A program made the position numbers and the translations under genes. 41,619 bases of DNA from a virus (taxonomy: Duplodnaviria > Caudoviricetes): positions 1 through 41,619 of IMG/VR virus record IMGVR_UViG_3300024181_000010; one strand, given 5' to 3'. Numbering within the stretch: position 1 is the first letter of the stretch; each line of letters begins with the position of its first letter. The notes below the pieces were generated by a model. That model saw only the letters and a program-made list of their open reading frames with translations, did no database searches and was not told the origin of the DNA. Below are positions 34,332-41,619 of the stretch, one piece after another.

Positions 34332-34597
34332 GACCGATGGCCGATAGAAAATCGCTATGAAGTCAGGTTTCCCCCTCAGCCCCTCTTCTGTGTCCTATAT
34401 GTCTGTCTCTCTCTCTCTTCTCTATACGTAGCCCCGGGACTCTATCGGTCTATCGGTCTATAGGGGTATCTAGCAGGGAAAACTCAAAAAAGCTATCGGA
34501 CTACTAGCGGTCCGGCTATCGGTCCGCTACCGGTCTATCGGTCCGTCGACACAAACGGACCGGTAGACCCGGACCGGTAGGCCCAGTTCTACCGGTC
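34332..34597. repeat. Iteron-like array CTA(T/C/G)CGG(T/A)C with CT-rich and A-rich tracts; candidate replication origin
   Basis: Direct copies at 34442, 34450, 34493, 34504, 34516, 34527, 34535, 34589; inverted at 34558, 34572; non-coding, next to the primase-helicase gene. Confidence 0.75.
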
Positions 34598-34617
34598 CGC
34601 AGGCCGGTTACTCTCCG

Positions 34618-36897
34618 CTACAAATCCATGAGATCCGAGACCATCGAACCGCCCACGATCACCCGGATACCGGTCACCACGCGATGCTTTCCGCCGGCAC
34701 CGTTGCTTTTGCGCTCCACCGTCACGCCCTGGTCCCCGAACGCGGACCGGATGTCACGCGACAGCCTGTTCAGCGACGGCGACAGCGACATGTTCTCGGT
34801 GGTCAGCCAGTCGCGGTAGTTCGACAACAACGCCTCGAGGGAGATCTCTGCGGTCAGATCGACCACACATCGATCGTCCACCCACGCCTTGACTGGACTG
34901 GAGTCCCGATCGACCTCCGCAGCCAGCTCCATGGAGCCGGCCGACTGGGTGAAGGTGCCCAGCTTCGCCACCCGGTCCAAGCCGTCCAATGCCCAATTGA
35001 GGATGCCGGGCAACTCCGTCATGAGCCGGCCCTCGAGGGTTAGGTCCTCCGACCCCAGGAATGAGCGATGGAAGGCCACGTACACCATGCGTCCGGCCAG
35101 GGCGCCGGACGCGTCGGTGAAGACCGGAGCATCGTTGCTCATGAGCATGAGCCGGGTGGGCAACTTGCCGATCCAGTCCCCGACATGCTTGCGCGGGATC
35201 GAGAAGCCGTCCTCGCCGGAGATGCCCAGCATGATCGGCACGGCATCGATGACGTGCTTGGACGTCCAGCGCACGTCTCCCATGACGGCCAGGCCGCGGC
35301 CGATCAGCGAGGCCATGCCAAATTCCGATCCCAGCCTCGCCAGCGTCGGCGCAGCCCATCCGTCCCGCCCCACCATGGCCTTCAGCACCCGGGAGATCGT
35401 GCCCTTGCCGCACCGAGGCGGACCGACCAACACGCCGATCTTGTGAAGGTCCGTGCGCCCGGACAGGACATAGCCCATCCACTCCGCGATCGTCTCGTGT
35501 GCCTGCCGGTCCCCGGGCAACGTGCTCTCCAGGAAGTCCAGCCACTGAGGGCACGCGGCGTCCGGATCGTAGGAGAACGGCAGCGATGACAGGTTGAACA
35601 GGGCCGGATCGTGTGGGCTCATCGACCGCGTGGCCGGATCCAGGACGCCGTTCTCCATGGCCATCACCGCGGCAGGCTCCTGCTCCTGCTGCACGACGCC
35701 ACGTGAGAGCGCATCATGCACGTTAGTCACCTTGCCGGCCGTGGGCGACCACTTCTTAACCTCGAAATCACCCTTGCCGTCGACTGCGGTGAAAGTGGCG
35801 TCCTCGGTGGCTTGATAGATCCACTTCTTGATCATGTCGTCACTGATCTCCGCCCAGTGCCGGCCGAGATGTTCGTAGTAGGCGCCCTGCCACCAGCGCA
35901 ACGGCCGTTCCCGCAACGCCAGGATCTCGCGCGCCACCTTCATCGGCTGCCCGGGCGGGCTCAGGTGTGCCGTACCGTCATCCCCAGCCCCGTCCGCCAT
36001 CTTCGCGGCCTGGACGGGCGGGGCTTCCATCGCTACCCAACTCTTTCCGGCCTCGGTGGCCGAGTAGGCACTGTTGATGGTGAGCCGATCGTCGCGGTCC
36101 GGCTCGGTCCAGCCCTGCCGTTTGCCTAATGACCGAATCATGAGTTCACCGCAGCGCTCCCGGTCCACCAGCCAAGGGAAGTGCGCGCACGTCATGGCAA
36201 AGTTGTTGATCGCCCCGTTGAAGCCCTGGGTGGTCTTGCCGAGCTCCTCCTTGGCCGCCTTCACGTACGCCACGGCCTGTTCCCGGGTGAAGCGCCGTTC
36301 CGGGTCGTCGAAGAGATCGTCGGAAACCTCGGACGTGACCGTGGGTTGCGCAGGTCCGGGCGACTTACGGGCTCGCATCCGCTCTACGACCACGTCCGGC
36401 GTGCAGCGCTGCGCCGCCCAGTCCGGCTCTCCCCGCCCTGCCCATGCACCCTGGCCGTCCGTGGTGGGCGGGGCGAACACGAACCCGCCGATACCGCGGA
36501 TGTCGACGTGCGGCGCGACCTTGCCGTCCTGGTCGTTGCCGATCGGGTGGTCCGGGTGCTCGCGGTAGTACCAGTGCTGCCCGCCGGGCGTGTCGACGAT
36601 CCACAGCGGCTCGGGCGGGTCGAGATCCAGCCAGGCCGTGACGCCGTCCAAGCCGTCGCAGTCGACCACCAGAAGCTTGCTCTTGCCGCAGTCGATCAGC
36701 AGGCCGGCGTTCGGGTGGTCCTGCTCCCAGGCGCCGATGTCGGCCAGGGAGGTGCTCGAGGTGGTGCGCCACAGCCCTACCGGCCGGACATCCTTCTTGC
36801 CGTCCGGTTTGCGCGTGACGTACACGGGATTGACATAGATGCCATTTTTGGCGTACTCGCGTGCGGCCGACCACATGATGTTGTTACTCTGGTCCAC
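34618..36897 (-). CDS. Bifunctional primase-polymerase fused to a D5/P4-type SF3 helicase
   Basis: LLVVDCD, DTPGGQHWYY, DIRGIGGFVFAPPT; GPPRCGKGT, LMLMSN, ELPGILNWALDG. Confidence 0.92.
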   Translation of the reverse strand: MDQSNNIMWSAAREYAKNGIYVNPVYVTRKPDGKKDVRPVGLWRTTSSTSLADIGAWEQDHPNAGLLIDCGKSKLLVVDCDGLDGVTAWLDLDPPEPLWIVDTPGGQHWYYREHPDHPIGNDQDGKVAPHVDIRGIGGFVFAPPTTDGQGAWAGRGEPDWAAQRCTPDVVVERMRARKSPGPAQPTVTSEVSDDLFDDPERRFTREQAVAYVKAAKEELGKTTQGFNGAINNFAMTCAHFPWLVDRERCGELMIRSLGKRQGWTEPDRDDRLTINSAYSATEAGKSWVAMEAPPVQAAKMADGAGDDGTAHLSPPGQPMKVAREILALRERPLRWWQGAYYEHLGRHWAEISDDMIKKWIYQATEDATFTAVDGKGDFEVKKWSPTAGKVTNVHDALSRGVVQQEQEPAAVMAMENGVLDPATRSMSPHDPALFNLSSLPFSYDPDAACPQWLDFLESTLPGDRQAHETIAEWMGYVLSGRTDLHKIGVLVGPPRCGKGTISRVLKAMVGRDGWAAPTLARLGSEFGMASLIGRGLAVMGDVRWTSKHVIDAVPIMLGISGEDGFSIPRKHVGDWIGKLPTRLMLMSNDAPVFTDASGALAGRMVYVAFHRSFLGSEDLTLEGRLMTELPGILNWALDGLDRVAKLGTFTQSAGSMELAAEVDRDSSPVKAWVDDRCVVDLTAEISLEALLSNYRDWLTTENMSLSPSLNRLSRDIRSAFGDQGVTVERKSNGAGGKHRVVTGIRVIVGGSMVSDLMDL

Positions 36898-36923
36898 GGA
36901 TTCTCCATATGTAGTTGGGCATG

Positions 36924-36955
36924 AGCAGACCCCCGCCGGGCAGCGGGGGTCTGCT
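36924..36955. terminator. Stem-loop between the TGT-like gene and the primase gene
   Basis: AGCAGACCCCCGC-CGGGCA-GCGGGGGTCTGCT. Confidence 0.7.
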
Positions 36956-36989
36956 GTCGTCTATGGGTTTGCCAGCGTACTTCTCCTGG

Positions 36990-37622
36990 TCACGGGACCG
37001 GGGTCGGCCGCGCGGAGGATTCTTCGGCAGTCATCTCGGCCAGCCATCGCAACAGCGTGGGCAGGTGCTTGTCAGGGCCGAACGCCAAGAGCGTTCCGTC
37101 GACGGAGTCACAACTCATGGCCTGCGCAACATGTAGGCGCCTACGCGAATTAACCCGCCCCATATGCACCCACTTATGACGAATCTTCGCCTCCCTGGCG
37201 AGACCTGTTGCCGCAGGTCCCTCTTTCCATGCGTCATCTCCGCCAATGAAAAGAACGTCGAATTGGTCCCACGGAATACTTAGGCACTCCAGCCCATTTT
37301 GCGCCACTAGCGCAGCGGGAAAACCCAGAGAGCGAATCTTCGGAAGCATGGGGAGTGAACGCTTCAGGGTTGCGCGAGCATCGCATACCACGTCAGGGGC
37401 GACAACAAAACGACAGTTCGTGGACGCGTACTTACGATCCTTCAGCCAGGACAGGAAGGCCGCATCTCCAGGATACTTGTTGCCGAATACCGCATTGTCC
37501 GCACACCATGTGACGCCATCACCAATGGCATTCCCGCTTGCCGGATTGACGATCTGATCCAGCAAGCGGGACGCCATGGCCTCACGTACGCGCGGCCCTG
37601 ACGCGGTAGCGAAGTACCGCAC
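36990..37622 (-). CDS. TGT-fold (DpdA-like) transglycosylase-like protein
   Basis: WCADNAVF, VVAPDVV, LVAQNG, LFIGG, VHMGRVN, CDSVDGT in the order of TGT-barrel motifs; coupled to a YhhQ-like gene. Confidence 0.6.
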   Translation of the reverse strand: MRYFATASGPRVREAMASRLLDQIVNPASGNAIGDGVTWCADNAVFGNKYPGDAAFLSWLKDRKYASTNCRFVVAPDVVCDARATLKRSLPMLPKIRSLGFPAALVAQNGLECLSIPWDQFDVLFIGGDDAWKEGPAATGLAREAKIRHKWVHMGRVNSRRRLHVAQAMSCDSVDGTLLAFGPDKHLPTLLRWLAEMTAEESSARPTPVP

Positions 37623-38196
37623 GAACTCCTCCGATCGCCAGCAGCGGAAGCCCCACGGCCATGAGCCACTTCACACCCACCTGCCCCAGAACGGCAGGCC
37701 AGACAGGGAATCCCGCGATCCATAGGAACAAGATGGAGTCCACCACCGATCCGACCGCATTGGACGCGGTCAGCGCCCGCAACCTGCCGCGCCGCAGTAG
37801 CGGCGCATAAACTGCTGTATCCGCGACCTCAGACAGCAGGAACGCCACACCCGATGCTAGGGCGAGTGCCGGTGTAGCGATCAGGGCCGACAATCCAGCT
37901 CCCACGGCGACACAACCCAGCGATGCCCAGATCCCCGCCGTGCGGTGGACCAGGTCACGCGCAGCAAGGACGAGTCCGGCCGTGAAAGTGCCAGCCGTGA
38001 CCCATCCCGCCACCAATCCATACCGCGCCGTGAGCCAGTTGGATGCGAGGATGAGCAGCACGAAGACAAGGCCGCCGGCCGCTCCGAGCGCATAGTTACG
38101 TTCAGGCTTCAGGCGAAGCGGTGCGTCCATGTAGTGAAGTTCACAGTTCCGATCTGCACAGTTTCGCTTCTGCGTGATCGGGCATTTATCACTCAT
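37582..38196 (-). CDS. VUT/YhhQ-family (queuosine-precursor) transporter
   Basis: ASNW...AGTF...RDLVH...ASGVAFLLSEVADTAVY...SNAVGSVVDSILFL; about 6 TM segments. Confidence 0.8.
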   Translation of the reverse strand: MSDKCPITQKRNCADRNCELHYMDAPLRLKPERNYALGAAGGLVFVLLILASNWLTARYGLVAGWVTAGTFTAGLVLAARDLVHRTAGIWASLGCVAVGAGLSALIATPALALASGVAFLLSEVADTAVYAPLLRRGRLRALTASNAVGSVVDSILFLWIAGFPVWPAVLGQVGVKWLMAVGLPLLAIGGVRAVLRYRVRAART

Positions 38197-38202
38197 GGCC
38201 TA

Positions 38203-38231
38203 ACTATAGCAAGCTCATGCCAGACCGTCAA
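38203..38231 (-). promoter_or_regulatory. Leaderless promoter for the YhhQ/TGT-like pair
   Basis: TTGACG, 17 bp, TG-extended TATAGT, 6 nt, ATG 38196. Confidence 0.8.
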
Positions 38232-39517
38232 CCCGTCTTCAGTCGGGCAAGTTGCACGCTCTCCCGCGCCCGCGTGACGCCGGTGTACAGAAATCGCCGC
38301 GCCTCCTCGGTGGCCTTGGCCATCCCATCGCGCCGCGCCTGCATCTCGATCATGGCGCGCGTCTCGTCCACCACGTACACGCTGTCCCACTCCGACCCTT
38401 GCGCCTTGTGCACCGTGATGGCATCCGCGAACGTGAACGCCCCCACGTCCCCGCGCCAGGCCCGTTTCGACTTCAGCGACTTCTCGCCCTCGAGCCCAGT
38501 GAAGCCGTCCGGCCAGGCGTGGATCCAGCGTTCCGGCGCATCGGCGCCGGACTCCTTCAGTAGAAGCCGCTCGCCGTCCACCTCGAGCACGTCGAACTGC
38601 TGACCGTTCAGGATGCCGAGATCCCGCTTGTTGTTGACCAGGCAGATGACCCGGTCCCCGGCCACTGCCTGGCCGGCCGGGTAACCCTTCTTGGCCCGAA
38701 TCTTCTCGATCAGCTTCCAGCGCGTGGCGTTGCGCCAGCACAGCACCTGCTCGAATTCCATAGCGCGAGTGATGGAGGCGATCTCTTCCACGGCCGTATG
38801 CCGGATTCCACGTCCGTCGCTGGTCCGGATCTCTGTGGCCAGCCGCAGCACGGGCGACTCCCAGGCCTGTCGATGGATTTCGGTGAGCAGGACGTCCGGC
38901 TCGGAGCGGGTGTAGTAGCCGCCACCCTCGATCGGCGGGAGTTGGAACGGGTCGCCCAGAACCAGCACGGGCACGCCGAAGCTCTCGATGTCGCGCGCCA
39001 TGTCCGTGTTCACCATGGAGACCTCGTCCAGGACGATCAGGTCCGCGTACGCCCAGTCGGACTCGGGGTTCAGCACGAAACCGGGCTGTCGGAGTTGGGC
39101 CTCGAGGTCGGCGATCTTCTCGGCCAGGGAGTTCGTGTAGGCCGGATCGGGGATCAGCTCCGACATCTCTTCGGCGTACTTGGTGGTCACCTCCTGCCAC
39201 TCCGCTCGTACCTGCGCGTTCTCCGTCGGCCGGTAGATGGCGGAGTGGATGGTGGTGGCCGGCACGCCCTTGCGGGCGAGCACGCTGGCTGCCTTGCCCG
39301 TGTAGGCACCGAACACCACGTCGTGCAGTCCGAGCCGGGAGGCGATCTCCCGCGCCAGCGTCGTCTTGCCCGTACCTGCCGGCCCGAACAGGCGGAAGGG
39401 CTCCGGTGGCGCGTAGCGGTTCAGCGGGCCTCGGTCCTGGCTGTCGTGGCCTGCGCCGAAGTACCACTCGCGGACGGCCTCGAGCGCCTTCTCCTGCTCA
39501 GGGGTGAGAGTGATCAT
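38228..39517 (-). CDS. SF1B RecD/Dda-like DNA helicase
   Basis: LTPEQ, GPAGTGKTT, DEVSMV, GDPFQLPP, IHRQ, TVHKAQGSEW, YTGVTRA; ATG 39517. Confidence 0.92.
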   Translation of the reverse strand: MITLTPEQEKALEAVREWYFGAGHDSQDRGPLNRYAPPEPFRLFGPAGTGKTTLAREIASRLGLHDVVFGAYTGKAASVLARKGVPATTIHSAIYRPTENAQVRAEWQEVTTKYAEEMSELIPDPAYTNSLAEKIADLEAQLRQPGFVLNPESDWAYADLIVLDEVSMVNTDMARDIESFGVPVLVLGDPFQLPPIEGGGYYTRSEPDVLLTEIHRQAWESPVLRLATEIRTSDGRGIRHTAVEEIASITRAMEFEQVLCWRNATRWKLIEKIRAKKGYPAGQAVAGDRVICLVNNKRDLGILNGQQFDVLEVDGERLLLKESGADAPERWIHAWPDGFTGLEGEKSLKSKRAWRGDVGAFTFADAITVHKAQGSEWDSVYVVDETRAMIEMQARRDGMAKATEEARRFLYTGVTRARESVQLARLKTG

Positions 39518-39690
39518 TACTCGCCCTTCACCCCGACATCCAGCAGATCCGCGATGGTGGCGTCGATGATCTCGGCCTGTCCTTCCTGCCCGGCCTCCGC
39601 CCACTCTTCTTTGGTCATGCCGGTATCGACCTCGCCATGGAAGGTGATGTTGCTCGGTGCCGAGTAGGTGATCTTCACAGTTTCATCCAT
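39517..39690 (-). CDS. 57-aa acidic protein (not in ORF track)
   Basis: MDETVKITYSAPSNITFHGEVDTGMTKEEW...; leaderless start; TAATG coupling to the helicase. Confidence 0.7.
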   Translation of the reverse strand: MDETVKITYSAPSNITFHGEVDTGMTKEEWAEAGQEGQAEIIDATIADLLDVGVKGE

Positions 39691-39696
39691 GACTCA

Positions 39697-39759
39697 ACTA
39701 TAGCATGCCCATAAGCTTCCCGCTACGGACTTGCCATCCGTCAACGGGCTTGCTATAGT
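39697..39759. promoter_or_regulatory. Back-to-back leaderless promoters
   Basis: Minus TATAGT 39702-39697, 6 nt before ATG 39690; plus TTGCCA, 17 bp, TATAGT 39754-59, 6 nt before ATG 39766. Confidence 0.8.
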
Positions 39760-39765
39760 TCTCTC

Positions 39766-40062
39766 ATGCGAACGGTCAAGAGCAACGCGAAGCGCCAGAA
39801 CCTCGGACTCACCGTCCCGGTTGCCACCCGGCAGGCCCGCACCATCGTCGATGCAGTGATGCCGGGCGTGCTGGCCACCGTGGAGAGCAAGCTCTCGCAC
39901 GACCTGGACAACGACATGGCGACCGTGGTCACCACGGTGACCTTCCCCGCCGGCCACCCGAACGCCCCCGCGCTGTTCTCCGACCTGTCCTACCTGAGCA
40001 ACCGGCACGGCGACATGCGCTACGCCGACAGCTCCATCGTCATCACCCGGAAGGTGAAGTGA
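39766..40062 (+). CDS. Hypothetical protein
   Basis: Leaderless ATG; first gene of the rightward operon. Confidence 0.7.
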   Translation: MRTVKSNAKRQNLGLTVPVATRQARTIVDAVMPGVLATVESKLSHDLDNDMATVVTTVTFPAGHPNAPALFSDLSYLSNRHGDMRYADSSIVITRKVK

Positions 40063-40066
40063 AGCT

Positions 40067-40279
40067 ATGCGCCGTTTCCTGGTCAGCTATCAGTACACCA
40101 CTCAAGCGGGGTTCGGCTTCGGATCGATCTATCACGAGCGGCCTGACGACAAGCTCCCCAACCCCCAGAGCATTGTTCACATTCGGGAAGATGTCGCCGC
40201 GGACATCGGGATCAGCAAGAACAGAGTTGTCATTCTCGCCATCTCCGAGGTCAGCGCGGAAGGCGAGATCGTCACGTGA
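40067..40279 (+). CDS. Hypothetical protein
   Basis: Tightly packed in the operon. Confidence 0.65.
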   Translation: MRRFLVSYQYTTQAGFGFGSIYHERPDDKLPNPQSIVHIREDVAADIGISKNRVVILAISEVSAEGEIVT

Positions 40280-40665
40280 ACGCCTACGAGCGCACCGTCA
40301 TCGAGGCGGCGCGCCGTTTCCAGGATGCGCAGTCCGACGCCGAACTGATCGGCGCGGTCAAGCGCCTCGAGTTGCACGAGCAGCAGCAGGCTACCGCCGG
40401 CGTGAGCGAGATCGAATGGTCGCTGGTGGCCGCGGGCGACGAACTGCGCGGCAAGTCCGGCGCCTTCTTCCCCGTCATCCGCACCCGGTGCGAGTACGAC
40501 ATGGGCCGCGCCACCGGCCGGTACGTGATCGAGGTGGGCATGCCGGGCGGACCCAAGAGCATCGTGCGTCCGCACGCTAACGAGCCGTTCGCGACCGTCA
40601 AGCGCGGCCAGGACGGGCGCGCCGTGGACGAGTTCGTGAATGTTTTCTCGAGCGGGCAGGAGTGA
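40276..40665 (+). CDS. Hypothetical protein
   Basis: GTGA overlap with the previous gene. Confidence 0.65.
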   Translation: MNAYERTVIEAARRFQDAQSDAELIGAVKRLELHEQQQATAGVSEIEWSLVAAGDELRGKSGAFFPVIRTRCEYDMGRATGRYVIEVGMPGGPKSIVRPHANEPFATVKRGQDGRAVDEFVNVFSSGQE

Positions 40666-40668
40666 CGC

Positions 40669-40875
40669 GTGTGCCCGAGACGCACGACCAGGAATATTTG
40701 CCGCACAAGGAAACAGCGCTATCTCACTGAGGCGAGTGCCTATCTGATCTTGCTGTCCGCGCAGAATCTGCGATCCAGGCAAGGTGCGGAAAAGGTAGAG
40801 CAGCGTGTCTACCTGTGCCCACATTGCAACGGTTGGCACATGACCAGCAAGCCCGAGAAGAAAGGCAATCCATGA
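40669..40875 (+). CDS. Small Zn-binding protein
   Basis: C..KQRY...RVYLCPHCNGWHMTS, a recurrent small phage protein pattern. Confidence 0.7.
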   Translation: MCPRRTTRNICRTRKQRYLTEASAYLILLSAQNLRSRQGAEKVEQRVYLCPHCNGWHMTSKPEKKGNP

Positions 40876-41102
40876 TGGTCAGCAAGCTGGAAGGCGCGCT
40901 CGAGGCGGCGCTCGAGGCGGCGCTCGAGGACCTCGCGAACGCGCAAGACACCATCGAGCACGTGACTGCCGTGGAGCAGGACGGCGCGCACATCCCGATC
41001 GACTGGCGCGAGATCGGCGGTATCCGGGTGGGCCTGGACGCGGCAGGCAACGCCGTGCGTGTGGAGCTCGGGGACACGCTGGACGGGTGGGTGGCGGAGT
41101 GA
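40872..41102 (+). CDS. Hypothetical acidic protein
   Basis: ATGA overlap with the previous gene. Confidence 0.55.
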   Translation: MMVSKLEGALEAALEAALEDLANAQDTIEHVTAVEQDGAHIPIDWREIGGIRVGLDAAGNAVRVELGDTLDGWVAE

Positions 41103-41284
41103 TGAAAACCGGATGCGGTGTATTCCTGATCCTCACCTTGATCTTGGCGTTTATGACCATGATCATGGGCCTGACCATGGGATGGTCAGGCACGTTCTCT
41201 ACCTTATGGATAGGCGCATTGATCGTTTACGGCGCAGGGTTTGCCGCTCTGATCATCGCAGGCATCGTGAGTTGGCTGCTGTGA
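41102..41284 (+). CDS. Two-TM membrane protein
   Basis: TGATG coupling; two hydrophobic segments. Confidence 0.65.
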   Translation: MKTGCGVFLILTLILAFMTMIMGLTMGWSGTFSTLWIGALIVYGAGFAALIIAGIVSWLL

Positions 41285-41619
41285 CCATTCGTTTAAGGCA
41301 ATATCAACTGGACGCACTCGAGGCGGAGCGCAGGCATCGCGAGACCGAGCCGGCCGAAACCCGCCTGGCCGTCGTCCTGCCCACAGGCACGGGCAAGGCC
41401 ATCACGCTGGCGGAACGTGCGGTCCAGTTCATGACACAGGCCGGTGGTGACGGACGTGTACTGATCCTGGTGCACACGGACGAACTGGTCAGCCAGCTCG
41501 AGGCGACGGTTCGCCTCATTGTGGCCGGTCATCACGTATACGCAAATGTTCTGACCATCGGAGTGGTCAAGGCGGACCGCGACGAGACGCATGCGGACAT
41601 CATCATCGGCAGCGTGCAG
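41281..41619 (+). CDS. SF2 helicase, 5' part (continues at the window start)
   Basis: GTG 41281: MTIRLRQYQLDAL...VVLPTGTGKA...RVLILVHTDELVSQ. Confidence 0.9.
   Translation, partial: MTIRLRQYQLDALEAERRHRETEPAETRLAVVLPTGTGKAITLAERAVQFMTQAGGDGRVLILVHTDELVSQLEATVRLIVAGHHVYANVLTIGVVKADRDETHADIIIGSVQ
41474..41619. repeat. Terminal direct repeat, right copy
   Basis: Matches 1-146 with 3 mismatches. Confidence 0.95.

Noticed and set aside
34566-34573. Single GACCCGGA resembling a Streptomyces TraB recognition 8-mer
   Set aside because: One copy in GC-rich DNA is expected by chance; clt loci need multiple repeats.
7977-38563. Long antisense or alternate-frame ORFs (e.g. 7977-8831, 13842-15035, 25010-26518, 27579-28859, 29531-30688)
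   Set aside because: Shadow ORFs expected in high-GC DNA opposite well-supported genes; no motifs.
40896-40930. GCGCTCGAGGCG tandem repeat
   Set aside because: In-frame 12-bp repeat encoding ALEA; simple slippage explains it.

Overview
An apparently complete, circularly permuted, high-GC actinobacterial siphovirus-type genome of about 41,473 bp. The two ends overlap by 146 bp and an SF2 helicase gene runs across the join. The virion and lysis genes form one minus-strand block (about 10.6-32.2 kb): TerS, TerL, portal, ClpP-type protease, HK97 capsid, head-tail genes, two tail-tube paralogs, a frameshifted tail chaperone, tape measure, minor tail proteins, GH25 endolysin and small membrane proteins. 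Replication and recombination genes are a prim-pol/SF3 helicase with an adjacent iteron array, SF1 and SF2 helicases, a PD-(D/E)XK nuclease, an SSB-like protein and an Endo VII. I see no integrase, ParA/ParB or replicative DNA polymerase. Most unusual points: (1) a Streptomyces-plasmid-like transfer module at 5.6-10.5 kb (TraB/FtsK-like translocase, DUF2637-like membrane-HTH protein, DnaJ-type Zn finger, membrane-anchored GIY-YIG), where two coding regions are packed with a TGTCC/GGACA motif that often forms the palindrome TGTCCGCGGACA; (2) a roughly 650-nt structured, apparently non-coding region with its own promoter and tRNA-like modules lacking normal anticodon loops, plus another aberrant tRNA-like element just after the capsid gene; (3) a secreted neprosin-like peptidase between the terminase genes; (4) a YhhQ-like transporter with a TGT/DpdA-like enzyme; (5) an ATT-initiated tape measure gene and many leaderless promoters. 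All calls come from reading motifs by eye; no searches were run.
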